Notes: generated by a model from the sequence alone, not told the origin. A DNA stretch of 64,000 bases from Takakia lepidozioides (GCA_030704615.1 CM060732.1:79112001-79176000); one strand, 5' to 3'; numbered from the stretch's first letter, positions 24,598 through 37,631 are shown. Translations and numbers: made by a program.

Positions 24598-25445
24598 CTG
24601 GTGGGTGAGACAGCCAAATTGTTGGATGAATCCACCTGGATCAAAAAGACATTGCTTTCGATCCTCCACTTTTCATATAGAAGTCTTCGCATATCGGTTG
24701 CTGATCTTGATAGCTGGAGCAATGCCTGCCTGTCTTGTAAATTTGATGCATAGAGACCTCCAGAATGAAGACCCAAGGAGGGTCAAACTTTTTGCATGTC
24801 ACTGCTAATGTGGTCTGGCCACACCCCTGTGGCCCAGATTCCTTTCACCTCACCTTTTAGTTACTCTGAACATCTTGGCAGTTCTGCACTAAGCACAGGT
24901 CAAGCAGTCCAGTCAGTATATCCTGTTTCCCTCTTGAAAGTCATTTTCAGTGGGAGTTTAGTGGTGGTTGGCAGCTGCAATGCCATGGGAGTCAAATGAG
25001 TATATCATTTACTGCCTAATGATCATCACGCCGGTCTTCTCCCTGTGCTATTCACAATTTGACTCATTTCAGGAGACCCCAATCCACAGGACTGCCAGGT
25101 GCTCACTTGCATGTCAATATAACACTCACTTGCATGGCAGTATAACAACTGATGAGCATGTGAAAATCTTCTGGTTTTCATGCATCCTACTATGGGTTTA
25201 GGAGCCCAGTTTTTTCAGGCACACCTGCAGCTTTCGTGGAGGCTCATCTCTGAACATAACACTCAAGGACCCACTAAAGAAAACTGACAAGCAGTTTGCC
25301 TCGCCACAACCAAGAGCAATGCAGCATTCATCAAACTTCTCAAACACAGCCTCCGATACACATTCTTGTGTCTGTGATGTGGCATGATCACGGTGTTATA
25401 GTAAGGCATTCTTGGTCCAGTGTACATTACAACGTGGTTTGCAAG

Positions 25446-26057
25446 CTAAGGGAATGTGGGAAATGCTGAATGATTGTCAGGTAGAAGTACAGAAAGTAAG
25501 AAGTAATCTCCCAGATGGCCCTTGGAAACCATGTATCTGCGCAACAAGGCTTCCCGCTGAAAACCCGCCTTTTCTAACACTCTTCGAGATGCAATGTTTG
25601 GTTGGTGCACTAATGCCTCAATTCGTTGGACACCCAAGTCCTGGAAACCTGTAGCTAGAGCTAGTTTTACTGCATTTGTTGTCACCCCTCTCCCCCAGTA
25701 CTTTTTGGCAATTGCATACCCTAACTGTGCCCGGCAGGAATTTCCTCCATCTCCTTTTTCCAGAGTGATGGAGCCAATGGGCGTCCCGTCTACACAGATT
25801 GCCTTGAACCAGGGGTGAGGTATTGCAACAGAGGTCAAAAACTCCAAGGCCTCTTCTTGAGAGTGATAGGTGTCCCATACAAGAGTTCTGGTCACCTCGT
25901 CATCAGCAGCCCACTCCATGAAATCGGCAACATCGGCAGGAGTGAAACTGCGCAAAGTCACTTGGCAAGCATCTATGCTGATGGAGTTGTGAACTGGGGT
26001 TGGGGACTGCAAGTATGGCAGGACCTGCCGCAAGCAAGTGCAACATATTTCAGACAA
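25446..26057 (-). CDS. GNAT (RimJ/RimL-like) N-acetyltransferase; true start/first exon not located
   Basis: VTLRSFTPADVADFMEWAADDEVT...PHPWFKAICVDGTPIGSI...LGYAIAKKYWGRGVTT...N.ASRRVLEKAGFQRE. Confidence 0.85.
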   Translation of the reverse strand: MSEICCTCLRQVLPYLQSPTPVHNSISIDACQVTLRSFTPADVADFMEWAADDEVTRTLVWDTYHSQEEALEFLTSVAIPHPWFKAICVDGTPIGSITLEKGDGGNSCRAQLGYAIAKKYWGRGVTTNAVKLALATGFQDLGVQRIEALVHQPNIASRRVLEKAGFQREALLRRYMVSKGHLGDYFLLSVLLPDNHSAFPTFP

Positions 26058-26453
26058 AATTTGCAGTACTCCTTGTTGGAGAATGGTCTGACGGTGTACA
26101 GGCAGTGGTCAGACAGCATATGAATGACATGCTAATGTTGGGATCGACAAATCAAAGCAGGTTAATGAATCCAAGACTGCATAAAATCCTATGCATTTCT
26201 ATAAAAACTTTCCCACTTTCTAGCAAACATGCCTTCAGCAATCTGCAGGGCAGCAGGTGGAGCTTAGTGAACGCCTTCTTGGAAACACAACAGCCAGGTC
26301 CTAGACAGTTGAACTGATGTCTCCCAAACAACACTGAAATTGAAGGTGCACATCAAGACCGAATAAAAACGCGATGTGTGCAAATAAAAGTGAGCAAATC
26401 TGCAAATCAAGGGTGTGTCAGTCGAAACTTATGTTGGGCTCCCGTAGGTCTTG

Positions 26454-27476
26454 CTATGAGTTTATGACATTTACCTTCATCACAAGACCACCAATTTCAT
26501 TGGCCATCATCTTCATGGCTCCAGTCATCTCCTTCAGCTGGTCAGCTTGCTTCTGATCACGATTTTTCTCGTACTCGAGACGCACTCTTTCTTGAGAAAT
26601 TGCTCGTTCGAGATGGCTGGACATCTTCTCTCTGAACACAATCTCGCTTCGCTCCTGCTTGTCAAGGATGTTGACCACCTCCTGGTTGGAGGTTGAAATC
26701 ATCTTGCGCTTCCTGCCACTCGAAACTGGGACTCTGTCACCATCACTATTCTTGCTCTGCCCAAGAATTTTCTGACCCGCAGAAGGTGAGCCATTTCCGT
26801 CATCAAGCATGAGAACTGTTGGAGTAAATGTAGGCGTAGTTGGACCATTTGCAGGAGGCCCATGATACCCTGGAGCTTCATCCAGCCCTTGAGGCTGCAT
26901 CTCCAAGGGCAAGGCGTCACCCATGTCCATCCCTTCACCATGAATCAAACGCACCCCATACCATGAGTTTAGAGCGTCATACACTGTTCTTGAGAAGTCA
27001 ACAGGCAGCTTCAACTCACGACGTTGGTCCCTGTCAAGAAGCCAGTAATTGGCAGTTTCAGACGAATTCCCATATTGCTTTAACTTCTTGAACTCACGTG
27101 TTAGAACGTCCCACCTGCCCATTACCATCTTCCGATGTCTCTGTCTGAAACCACAAACCTCATTGAGGTGCTTGGCAATCTCCTCCCAGGCCGCCTTCCC
27201 CTTTTTGGAATGCTCTTGATTAGGGGACTTGGATGTTTTCTTCTCCCATTCCAATCGCTTCTGCTCTATCAATACCATAGTCTCAGAAAGCTCCCAGTTC
27301 TGAGTTCTAGCTCTGCTTGGACCTCCCCTGCCTGCAACACCTCTGCCTCCTCTCTCAGGCACAGCCAGCATTGGAATGTGGGCTTCAATGACACCAGCAG
27401 ACTCGCCCACATTGACACAGTCATAACTGTCCGCAGAACCACTTCCTGTCCCTTTGCAGTCTGAAAGTGAAGCCAT
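26454..27476 (-). CDS. Trihelix / Myb-SANT-like DNA-binding protein with C-terminal coiled coil
   Basis: NWELSETMVLI...WEEIA.HL...RWDVLTREFKKLKQY...YWLLDRDQRRELKLP..F...VYDAL, a trihelix signature; basic NLS-like GRKRK. Confidence 0.8.
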   Translation of the reverse strand: MASLSDCKGTGSGSADSYDCVNVGESAGVIEAHIPMLAVPERGGRGVAGRGGPSRARTQNWELSETMVLIEQKRLEWEKKTSKSPNQEHSKKGKAAWEEIAKHLNEVCGFRQRHRKMVMGRWDVLTREFKKLKQYGNSSETANYWLLDRDQRRELKLPVDFSRTVYDALNSWYGVRLIHGEGMDMGDALPLEMQPQGLDEAPGYHGPPANGPTTPTFTPTVLMLDDGNGSPSAGQKILGQSKNSDGDRVPVSSGRKRKMISTSNQEVVNILDKQERSEIVFREKMSSHLERAISQERVRLEYEKNRDQKQADQLKEMTGAMKMMANEIGGLVMKVNVINS

Positions 27477-29304
27477 GTCCCCTGCTGCTATACATCAAGA
27501 GACACCCAAACAGCGAGTCAGTTACCTTCACAGCTGGAGAAGTTGGGTAAGGACGGAAACAGAGGCTGAACGAGGAGGAGCGGGGGCGGGGCTTGTACAT
27601 GTAACCACGATGCGACCAAACTCAAAGCAGGCACCTAATTCAGTTCGGAATCTGAAAAGAAGGGATAGAGTGAGAGGAAGAGGAAGGAAGCAGGCTCTAC
27701 AGGGTTGTAGCTGTCCCATCGCTACGAATGTGGCACAAATCCGAAGGCTCTGGACATTGTGGGATGCTCACAAAACTGCGAGAGGACGGTAGGTGGACCA
27801 CTGGAACCCTAATTGTTTTATAACAACTTAACCCTCTTCAAATGGTCGCTGGTTCACTTTTAACCACCCATCTCTCACTGTGGTTAACTCTGATCTGAAA
27901 GGTCCCTGAAACAAAACTTTTTATTTTTTTTATTTTTTTTCAATTTGCAACCCAGTGGCAAGAAAAGAAAAGAAAAAAAAGTGGCAAGGCTGATATAATT
28001 TTGAGTTACTCCAAGCCTTGCCGGCCAGATTATTTAAATTTATTCATTTTATATTTCTTAACAGACCCGCAAGAAAATACGCTGACCCCAAATTTGCCAA
28101 AATCACTGGGTTGGGGGTGCCCCCTAGCTAATCCTGGTTAGGCCAAAAGGAAGGTGCACCCGGGGATGGAGCAATTTACTTATATAAGTCTAGGGGTCCT
28201 CTCACCCTTCCGTTGATTGTGGTTGTATGAGAAATCCTTGGTAGTGGAGATCTCGTCCATCAAAACCCAACCGATTTCACCAGAAAAAAGAAGGAAATTT
28301 CCTCACATCATACTCCACCACCATTCCATTCACTGTTGCAATTTTCCAAATTCAAGATTCATCATGTAACAAGTTGCTGCCCATTCTGAACTCACCTTCC
28401 AGAATTCCATGCGCTCCCAAATGGCACTACAAAAGAGCCACAAGCAAACAAACACCAAGTGGGAAGCTGGTGGGTTATCTGCTGAAGAAAGTGATTCCAA
28501 AACATGTTTGGAAAGAACATGAAAAAAACTGCAGAGATTATTTTTGTTCTCCACTAAATTGTCCGACTTTCCTAACTTATGCGGTGGAAAAATCTGGAAT
28601 TTCTTAAGCTAACTTATCATACGTCTCACCTTCTACATGGATCTTAAGTTTTTGATGTTTCGGAAAGTGGTGTTCCTTTTTGTGGCTGGAGGTTCCATTT
28701 TTCACAATTTTACAAACATATACTTGGGAGACTAAGAGTTTTAAATTGTGTGACGAGGTAGATTCATCTTCTCACTTTATGCTACTTAAGTGACTGTTGG
28801 GAGAAAATGGAGGTGGTTAGGTGGTATACTTGCAGGTAGCTATTATGAGTGTTGTCTTTTGTTAACAACTAGATTAGTTTAGGAGCAGCCTTGGATGTCA
28901 TAATACCTAGATGGAATTTGGGGACAGTGCCATGTGGCTGAGCTGCTAGGGCTTGATGATCATATTAAACCGGGGGGCTATGGGGGCGGTGTTTTTTTTA
29001 AGTGTTAACCTATGTACAGTGGGCAGTGGATGAATGTGCTTGATTTGGTGTACAAAGTATGACGTTTCATATTCGCCAGGAAGATCCTATGACAGAATCC
29101 AAAGTCCTCTGCAAGTTGTCCTAGCTACTTGGCTACCAAGTTTTGTTGAGTTACATCACCCTTACTTGCTCAATACCCAAGAAGATGAGGAATGCTGGTG
29201 GGAGCAAGAATATTGGTGGAAACGTTTGGCACGATTTTTGTTAACTTGAATGAAATATTCTGCAGACAGTACGGCAAAGAGAGGGATATATGGAGGTATA
29301 GGGA

Positions 29305-29514
29305 ATGGTGACGCGCAAAGGTGTGAGAATGTTGTCATGTGATTACACATGTAGTGATGATAGTTTGCTGTGTATGTTGTGTGGATCTGCCGAAGGGGCA
29401 GCCACCTTGCTGATGTGTAATCGATGCTCAAGATATTGGCACATTGTATGCTTGATGTCATCTCTTGAGATGGTTCCTAATGGGGATTGGTGGTGTCCAC
29501 GTTGCATTGGATAG
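29305..29514 (+). pseudogene. PHD finger, probably the C-terminus of a retrotransposon polyprotein
   Basis: CMLC...LLMCNRC...WHIVCL...VPNGDWWCPRC (C4HC3), followed about 260 bp later by the retroelement terminal repeats. Confidence 0.75.
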
Positions 29515-29777
29515 TGGTAATGGATATAACAACCATAGAAGGCTTACAAAAAACACAAGACCAAGCTACTATGAGATTTATACACGAGATCATTAGCTCA
29601 AGTTCACAGATTACAAGAAGGTAACTAACGATGGGGCTACCCTTGTACCCGGCCTCTTGATCTAGTGAGTTTGAGTACAATATGGACAATAATAAAGGAC
29701 CTAACGATGCTACGACTAATACTACATCTTGTAGCTATCTGGAGTTAGAAGGACCTAATCACCAGCTAAGGGGCCGA

Positions 29778-30754
29778 TTGTGGCAAACTAGTTTGTTGTG
29801 TGGATATGTGTTGTGTTGTGTGGTTTGGACAGCAATGTAGTTGTGTAACAATATATATACGTACGACAGTTGTCAAGTTAAATGAAGTATAATGTGAAAC
29901 TAACTAGAATATATCTAATTAGTAACTTATTTGTATTTTAACACCTAAAATTAGTTCAAGTGTTAAGTCCGATGTCAGGTTTATCTTGACACTTGAAACA
30001 TCTAATCCTTATGCTCGTGGTTGTGATACTCATCTCAAGATCTCCTGGGTTGAGCCTTCATGACTGAGCTCTCTATTGCGTGCGAGTGTGCATATGGAAG
30101 GAGCATAGGTAGATATGAGGTGAAGTCCGGGTGCCTCAGGCTCGACTGTAGTTATAAATGGTGAGTAATGTATTCTGATGGATTTTGAGTTTATAATTTT
30201 GGCAGACTAGTTTGTTGTGTGCATATATATTGTGTGGTTTGGACCAGTCACTTTATAATTTTGGCAGACTAGTTTGTTGTGTGCATATATATTGTGTGGT
30301 TTGGACCAGTCACTGTTGTACTAGTATCAGGTTTAGAACATACTAGTTGGGTATCTATAATGGTGGAAATGTTTTTTTAATATATTGGTATGAATATGAG
30401 TATTATGACCACAAATATCATGTGGTATATAGTATCAATAGGATATCATTCCAAGTAAATAAACAAAAAATAGAATATATATTATATTATATTATCTATT
30501 AAATAAATATAAATACGTATAAATACATATGCATATATATAATAATTTAATATAGTATTGATACCAATATAAATGAGGAAGATGGCTGGGTAGTTCTGGT
30601 ATGAGTACTGGTATTGAAAAATCAATAACAGTCGGGTAGGTTCTGCAATACCAGATTTATACCCAGTATTGATACCCAGTTGAAACCCTCTATACCAGTA
30701 CAACACTGGTTTGGACAACGATATATTTGTGTAGCGACACACATGCGCACGACG
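29778..30754 (+). mobile_element. 3' end of a retroelement with B1-GT-A2-B2 repeat structure (B2 interrupted by a MITE)
   Basis: B1 ends ...ACGTACGACA at 29868, spacer GT, A2 starts TGTCAAGTTA at 29871, B2 ends ...GCGCACGACG at 30754. Homologous to the reverse complement of 59603..60145. Confidence 0.75.
30307..30708. mobile_element. hAT-type MITE, about 400 bp
   Basis: 8-bp TSD GTTTGGAC (30299-30306 and 30709-30716); TIRs CAGT(CACT)GTTGTACTAGTAT / ATACCAGTACAACACTG; AT-rich non-coding interior. Confidence 0.8.
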
Positions 30755-31399
30755 GACTTGCTATGGACTTTTGAATTAAAAAACTATGAATATTTGATAC
30801 AATATTTGAATCCATTTTTTGTAATTGTCCAATGATTCCATAAATGAATCTACTTGCAAATTCATTCATTGGGTGTTATGGTTGGCTTATTTGTGCGCCA
30901 AAAATATAACAAATTTCAAAAGTCAATAGCACATTTTTTTAAGCTGCTCAGTCACTTCCCCCCACCTTGTTTTTATGGATGTTACTTTTTAATAAAATGG
31001 TGTAAGTTCCTATTATTTACAATGGATCTAACATATATGCACAACTAGGTCATGGTAATTTGAAATTATAGAATCAAATGAAATAAAATAAATTCAATTC
31101 AAATTTGAACCAATAGAGTTCGTCACAGACAATGTGAAATCATTGTGAAATGGACTTTCATGGACATCACCATCTGCTGTTTTTGAGCCACTTTATTTTG
31201 CACGTACCATGCTTAGCTTGGACAAGAAGAACATTGGTGGTTGATACACAACTTAACTCCACAAGCAGAAAAACTACCACAGCAAAATCAAAGAGGCTTC
31301 TCATATTCCCACTTGTATAAGGAAACCGAAAAAAAGACAGAGGTAAGGAGAGAGGGAGAGAGAAAGTGGTGGGAAGTTTAATCTTTCACAATTTTAAGT

Positions 31400-34371
31400 G
31401 CACCAATGGCTTTGTGGATGAGCTTCTTGGATTGTTGCGCAAAAGTTTTTTGCCAAAAATTCTCTGCCAAAAACTAATTATGAAGCTAGAACTATGATTG
31501 CGAAGATGGGATTGCAGTACACCCAGATCCATGCCTACGAGAAAGGCTGTGTACTCTTCCGTGGGGAGAATGAAAAAGCAGAATTTTGCCCGGAGTGCAA
31601 GATGTTGCGTTACATTCCTGGTTGTGGGACTGTACCCAAAAAAATACTACGACATTTCCCTGTCATCCCAAGGTTGAAACGCATGTATCGATACAAATCA
31701 ATCGCGCACCTTATGACATGGCACTTCAGACATAAGAGTCAGGATGGATTGGTTCGACATCCAGCTGATAGCAAAGCCTAGGCCCACGTTGACTCCACAT
31801 TTGCGGATTTTGCTTCAGAACCACGAAATGTACGATTTGGATTAGCCTTAGATGGAGTAAATCCATACAGTGCTCAATCCTCGAGTCGGAGTACATGGCC
31901 CATCCTGTTGGTCAACTATAATTTGCCTCCATGGTTGATGACAAAGAATTTTTTCATCACGTTAGCACTTCTTATCCCTGGAAAGGAGTCTGTTACATCT
32001 ACGAACATTGATGTGTATTTGATGCCCCTAGTAGAGGAGCTACAAGAATTGTGGAGAGGCATCATAGCTTACGATGTTTCCCAAGTTCTCCAACAACGCC
32101 AATTCTTGCTACGGGCATTGCTGCTATGGTCAATCCATGATTACCCTGCATATGGCTTGCTTGCGGGTCAGGTTACTAAAGGTTATGCTGGTTGTCCAGC
32201 CTGTGGACCCGAGGTGGATTCACAGCATTTACATGCATGTTCGAAGACTGTGTTCCTGGGCCATCGGAGATTTCTTGCCCACAACCATCCGTATGGAAGA
32301 TCAAGATTGTTCAATGGTGCTGTTGAGCATAGAATGGCTCCACAAACGCAGACGGGAACACAAATAAAGAAACGTGCAATTGACCTGATTGCATGGATAG
32401 CAGCATGGGGGAAACCAGATACGCCATCAGACCCTTCCAAATCTCACGGAGTGAAGCGATTATCAATCTTATATGCCTTGCCTTACTGGGAGGGCCTCCT
32501 CATACGGCATATGTTTGATGCTATGCATTGCGAGAAGAACTTTGCAAAGAATATCATTAAGACTATTTTTGGGGAGAAAGATACATTGAAGGTTCGGCGT
32601 GATCTTGAATTACTTGGGCTGCGTCCATCATTGTGGTTGCAACGACATCCAGACAGGGCAGATACGTTAATCATGCCTCATGCTCCTTATGTTCTGATTG
32701 AAGCTGAGTTGAAAGTTTTCTTGGACATTGTGCGAAACCTTAAAGTACCCACAGGATACGCATCAGCTTTCAAAAAACACGTGGTAAAGAAAAAACTATC
32801 TGGCATGAAATCACATGATTACCATATGTTCATGCACCAAATTTGACCGCTGGCTATTCGTGGGCTCATGGCAACAGGTGTGCGCACTACAATTTTGCGA
32901 GTATGTCGTGTATTTAGGAGGTTATGTGCAAAAGTAGTGAATCCTGCAGAGTATGAGAAGTTGAAACATGAAGCAATTGTTACTCTCTGTCTAATGGAGA
33001 AAGAGTTCCCACCATCATTCTTTGATGTGATGACACATCTGCTTGTCCACCTAGTGGACGAGCTCAATTTATGTGGTCCTGTGGCATCACGTTGGATGTA
33101 CCCCATGGAGCGGGCAATGAAAGAAATGAAGGGGTACGTCCGGAACATGGCAAAACCCGAGGGCAGCATGGCTCAAGGATACATTTTTTATGAAGCTCTA
33201 GGATTTTGCACAGAGTATATGGCACGATATGATGGAACCGCACGAAGGGTGTGGGATGCAGATGAGGAAGAATCTGTGGCCAGCGTAGTTTTGGAAGGAG
33301 CCGGCAAACCTCAAAAATTGGGTGACTTGCATGCTATTGTACACGATTACATCATTCAAAATCATCCAAGCATATCCGATATGTTGAAGTAAGTCCACAC
33401 CCTTTCAGATCTGAATATTTTGTTGATTTGATCTTTTTGTACTGCCCCATGCTTAGTCTGTGTTGGCTAAATAGCCTCGACATTTTGTGCCAGGAAATAT
33501 GAAGAGGAGTCCACACAAATGGATGATTGTCCTCCATTTGCTGCTTGGCTGCCAAAAGTTGTACGGGAACATCTATGTGGAATTCAAGAACATGTGCCTT
33601 GAAGATGGCGTATAACAAGAATTACTGGATCTTTCAAGACCCCCATCATATTATGCCTTGACATACAAGAGTATGTCAGGATATGGCAACCATTACAGGG
33701 CTACATCCCCATGCATGAACACATCGAGTATGACATCCTTTGATTGTGGAGTCTCATCAGTTTTCAAGCATGAGACGGAATTTGTACGGTATGTGGGTCT
33801 TATCAGGGAGATTTTGCAGATTGACTATGGCACTACACGGCCTGTAGTGTTTTTGTGCTCCTGGGTACGGGCCCAAAATGTGGGTCGTCAACCCAAATCA
33901 ATGAAGGAAGATGATTGTGGCTTCACGTTGGTCAATTTCAATCAAATGCTACCACCCTCTGAACAGCCTTTTGTATTGCCAGTACAGGTTGATCAAGTCT
34001 TTTTCTCTGAGTGTGTGAAGGAATGACAATGGAAAGTTGTATTGGAGAAGAGCCCCCGATCACGGAGAGTGGTGTGTGATATCTCAATTTCTATTGATGA
34101 TCTGACAAGAGTTGAAGGCTTGTTAGCTCCACAACAACTATAAGAGACATTGACTACTGGCCGAGCTCACAACCGAATTCAGACAGTGACACCAGAGCAG
34201 CTGGCCTCATTGTACCGACCCCCATACCGACGACGCGAGGTACAACCCCCAGTTGACCAGCAGGTCTGTCATGAAGACATAGATACCTCCACCGACGTTG
34301 AGGCTATGGTCAGTGATGATGACACAGATACCTCCATATTCACAGACACGGATTCAGTCGATGGCAATTAG
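31400..34371 (+). mobile_element. CACTA (En/Spm) TnpD/Tnp2 transposase, pseudogenised
   Basis: Tnp2 motifs RNVRFGLALDGVNP, YNLPPWL, NIDVYLMPLVEELQELW, WSIHDYPAY; DUF4218-like FPPSFFDVMTHLLVHL...GPV..RWMYPMER...PEGSMAQGY; DUF4216-like GFTLVNF...PFVLP.QV.QVFF. Stops at 31781, 32846 and 34026. Confidence 0.92.
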
Positions 34372-34649
34372 ATATGCTACCCTTGTGCATGTATTACCTG
34401 TCATTCCAAATAAATGTACTCTTCTGTCCCCATGTAGTCACATTTTTTTGGGTACCAACTGTCAATGAACATTGATATTCAAATATGCTCACAATTCCTC
34501 TATGCTATAAGCTGTTGTGATCAAGCACTAGTGGATTGGCCACTAGTAGGGCCATTTATTCATATCCAGATTGTAAAACAATGGCACCCAGAAGTTGGGA
34601 AGTGACCCAGTCTGGCACTTCACCATTCTACACTTCTAATATCTTCCAG

Positions 34650-34900
34650 TGTGCAACTATTAGCACTGATTTCATCGCTGGCAACCTGCAGTAATATCCC
34701 TATATCAAAAAAATCCCATACCCACATCCTTGGGCCTTTGTCTAGCTTCAACTACAACAACATATTGCCACATTTGGCATACATTTACGCCAGGGCAATA
34801 TCCAGACTGATATTGGTACAATTCACGCTTTGATCCTGTCAATTCTTTGCCCCTTTGTAGAGTTGTAGATGGGGTGGCATGCATAGCAATATCCTGCAAA
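34650..34900 (-). pseudogene. Highly degenerate PPR fragment
   Basis: Traces of LQ.GKE, IALA*MYAKCG-like and K..DVG motifs on the minus strand. Confidence 0.45.
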
Positions 34901-36309
34901 CTTGGCCATGTGCATCTTCACCCCTTCTACCACTCTGAATCGCTCGCATCTGCTGTCACCATTGAGTGGTCAGATTGTTGAGAGACCTGTAAGACCATCC
35001 CAATGGAACATCGGTTGGCTTGCTCCCCACCCCCTCTCTAGCTTGCAATTGAATCATAATCTTATCTAGTTTTTTTCTCTCATCTCCAGGAAAATGACCC
35101 GCTATCACATTGCTGTACTGCAATTCTGCCAAAATCTTACAATGTCAGGCTATGGCTGTCATCATAGCCTCCACACCAATGTATGGATATGTCCTTCATG
35201 AGCAACACTACCCCAAGTTTGCCTTCACCCTGCCCTAACCACAAAACGAAATTAAAGAATTCCAGTCAACTGTGACCAACATGGGAGGTTTTTGGTGGTT
35301 CAAAGCTATTTCACGAGTAAAATACTTACACCACTTGGTTGTGGTGGAAGACCTGCAATTATACCATATCGTACACATCGCTTACTTGTGGTGGCAATCT
35401 TGCAATCCAATATCCACAAGCAGGCAGATTTATTTCGTCTTGACCAAGCTGTCATGGCAAGCCTATGACATATCAGGAAAAGCAAAGCATTAGAGAGGTG
35501 AGTTCAAACAGTCGTGCAATCAGTTTTCAGCCCACTGAGCTAGTAAGGAAGTGCCTAGTATACGACTTATGTGTCACACATTAGTGGAAAAATAAACCAA
35601 CACCAACTTTCACATCCCTCATCTCATTAGAGCTTTGCCAAGTTCACTGCCTCCCTGGAATCCTTCCCCCGTGAAAAAACAAGTATAAAGCAAATTCCCA
35701 GAGACATGTTTACCAGTGATATATGTCTCGCTGGTAGTTGTTGAGAAACAAGGCTCTTAAGCTTTGCCCACAAACTCAACATCAAATATGAGTGTTGAAT
35801 TGGGGGGTATGACACACAACCCTGCAATCCAGCAACTTCTCAAGGTTTAGAAAAGACCTTTCAAAAATGAAGAGAAGGAAGAGATTGAAAGGGAACTATG
35901 TGGTTCAGGGTTGGATTAAATGGGGCAGCTTGGCATCAGATGGGCCTTGGGTTGCTGCCTACAGTGAAACAGAGAATATGACATGCTACTAGAGGCATAT
36001 CAATCGCATATCAATCCTCCTTGTCCTCAACTGACAACCCTCTAGAGCTGGCACCAGCAACAATCCATATTTTTCATCTAGGCCATCATCATTGCCAAAG
36101 TAAATTTGCCCCTACCTCTCTTGACATAAGATACCTCTATTCTCACTGTGGAATTAGAACGGGAGAACCATGCACTGGTATGAACAGACTCTTACATGGC
36201 AAAAACCCTCGACAAACAGGGAGAGAGAAGAGAATGGAGGTACCGCCGCCCTCGGCAGTTGGTGGTTTTTGGGGAAATGACATAGTGAATGCCTATAATT
36301 ACTTGTAGG

Positions 36310-36572
36310 GCCTCCCTCCTATGACAACCATGTTAGGTATATCCTGCGATCATTGCATTCCAAGACACCACATCTTGTTCGGCCATATCATCGAACACTC
36401 CCTTGTCATCCTTGATGCTACCACATTCAAAATACATGTCCACCCAGGTAGAGTTTAGAACAAATACCTCTCGTACTATTCCCATTTTGAGGCTGTCCAA
36501 TTTCAGGGCTACCAAGCTCGCACATTCATTGCAAACGCAACCAATTGTGACCTTGTCCGGCTTCAGCATCAC
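36310..36572 (-). pseudogene. PPR fragment
   Basis: KPDKVTI.CV.NECASL...VDMYFECGSIKDDKGVFDDMAEQDVVSWNAMIAGY. Confidence 0.8.
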
Positions 36573-36899
36573 TAAAAGAACTCGTTGTATAGTCGAATAC
36601 CAATGTCATGAAGGGGGAAATGTATCAAATTGTACACTTGAAGACTGCAAACAGGGACGACGATTACAAGTCAATTCGAAGTCTGCAAACTGCATGACTC
36701 AATGAAGTATGCTACTTACTACTTCGTGATATTTGCCCACGCCACTACATAGTGAAACTGCAAACTGCTTCGAGCTCTAGGTCCAATATTTTGCCAATAT
36801 CAAATGGACACATGTTCACATATGACAAGTGCTTCATTAAAGATAGATGGATGAGGTCATCCAATGGATGAAACCCAAACTTTGCCAGCACATTCCAGA

Positions 36900-37200
36900 C
36901 ACCCTCTCACAGGTCCCGGACTAATATCAAATCAATCAAAATTCATTCGATGGCTCAACGGATGGTTGGCCATCGAAATGATTTTGGTTCACTTTGAGAC
37001 TTGGCCACTATGTTCAATGTGCCATGTAAGAGGCCCCAGAGTAATATGAGATCAATCGAAATTTGTTCAATGGGCCAACGGATGGTTGCCCATCCAAATG
37101 ATTTTCGTTCGCTTTCAAACTTGGCCAGTGTGTTCAATGTACCCTTTGATACGTCCTAGTGCAATATGAGATCAGTTGAAATTATTTTGTGCTTTGAGAA
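36900..37200. repeat. About 120-bp tandem repeat (~2.5 copies)
   Basis: GATGGTTGGCCATCGAAATGATTTT...ACTTGGCCA.T.TGTTCAATGT at 36961 and 37081. Confidence 0.75.
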
Positions 37201-37631
37201 CTTTGTAGGTATGTTCGTAGAAAGATCATAGATTTTGCGAAATGATTATGAAATACGCAGGGACCAGGCGAAATTTGTTTGGAAGAGGACCGTTCGTAAC
37301 TCGTTATAACTTATTTGTTAATATCAATTTTCATTGTTCTCTAGCTTTCGGAGTTCATTGCAAATACCCATATACACGTCATGACCAAATATGACACCAT
37401 TGTAAATTTGTTTACAGGGTGAACTAATTCTTCCCCATCACATGAGTGTAAATGTAAAGAAAACGCTGCTCATGCAATTGAAATTGGCAGGTGCCGCACA
37501 TGTGCATTGTGTATTAACAAAATTGGTGATATACAAACTTGGCGGAATGCCATCACTGTGTTTTCCAACAATATTCAAGGTACAACAAAAATGCATATTG
37601 TATATGTACTATGCTGCCAGTCATTCAAAGC

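Noticed and set aside
26454-27476. Myb/SANT ORF as the second gene of a PIF/Harbinger element
   Set aside because: No Harbinger DDE nuclease or TIRs were seen nearby; treated as a host trihelix-like gene.
27482-27525. 44-nt GT-AG intron in the trihelix 5' UTR
   Set aside because: Shorter than typical plant introns and unsupported without transcripts.
36743-36754. CACTACATAGTG as the left end of the CACTA element ending at 51542
   Set aside because: TIRs do not match beyond CACTA and the 3-bp flanks differ (CGC versus CTT).
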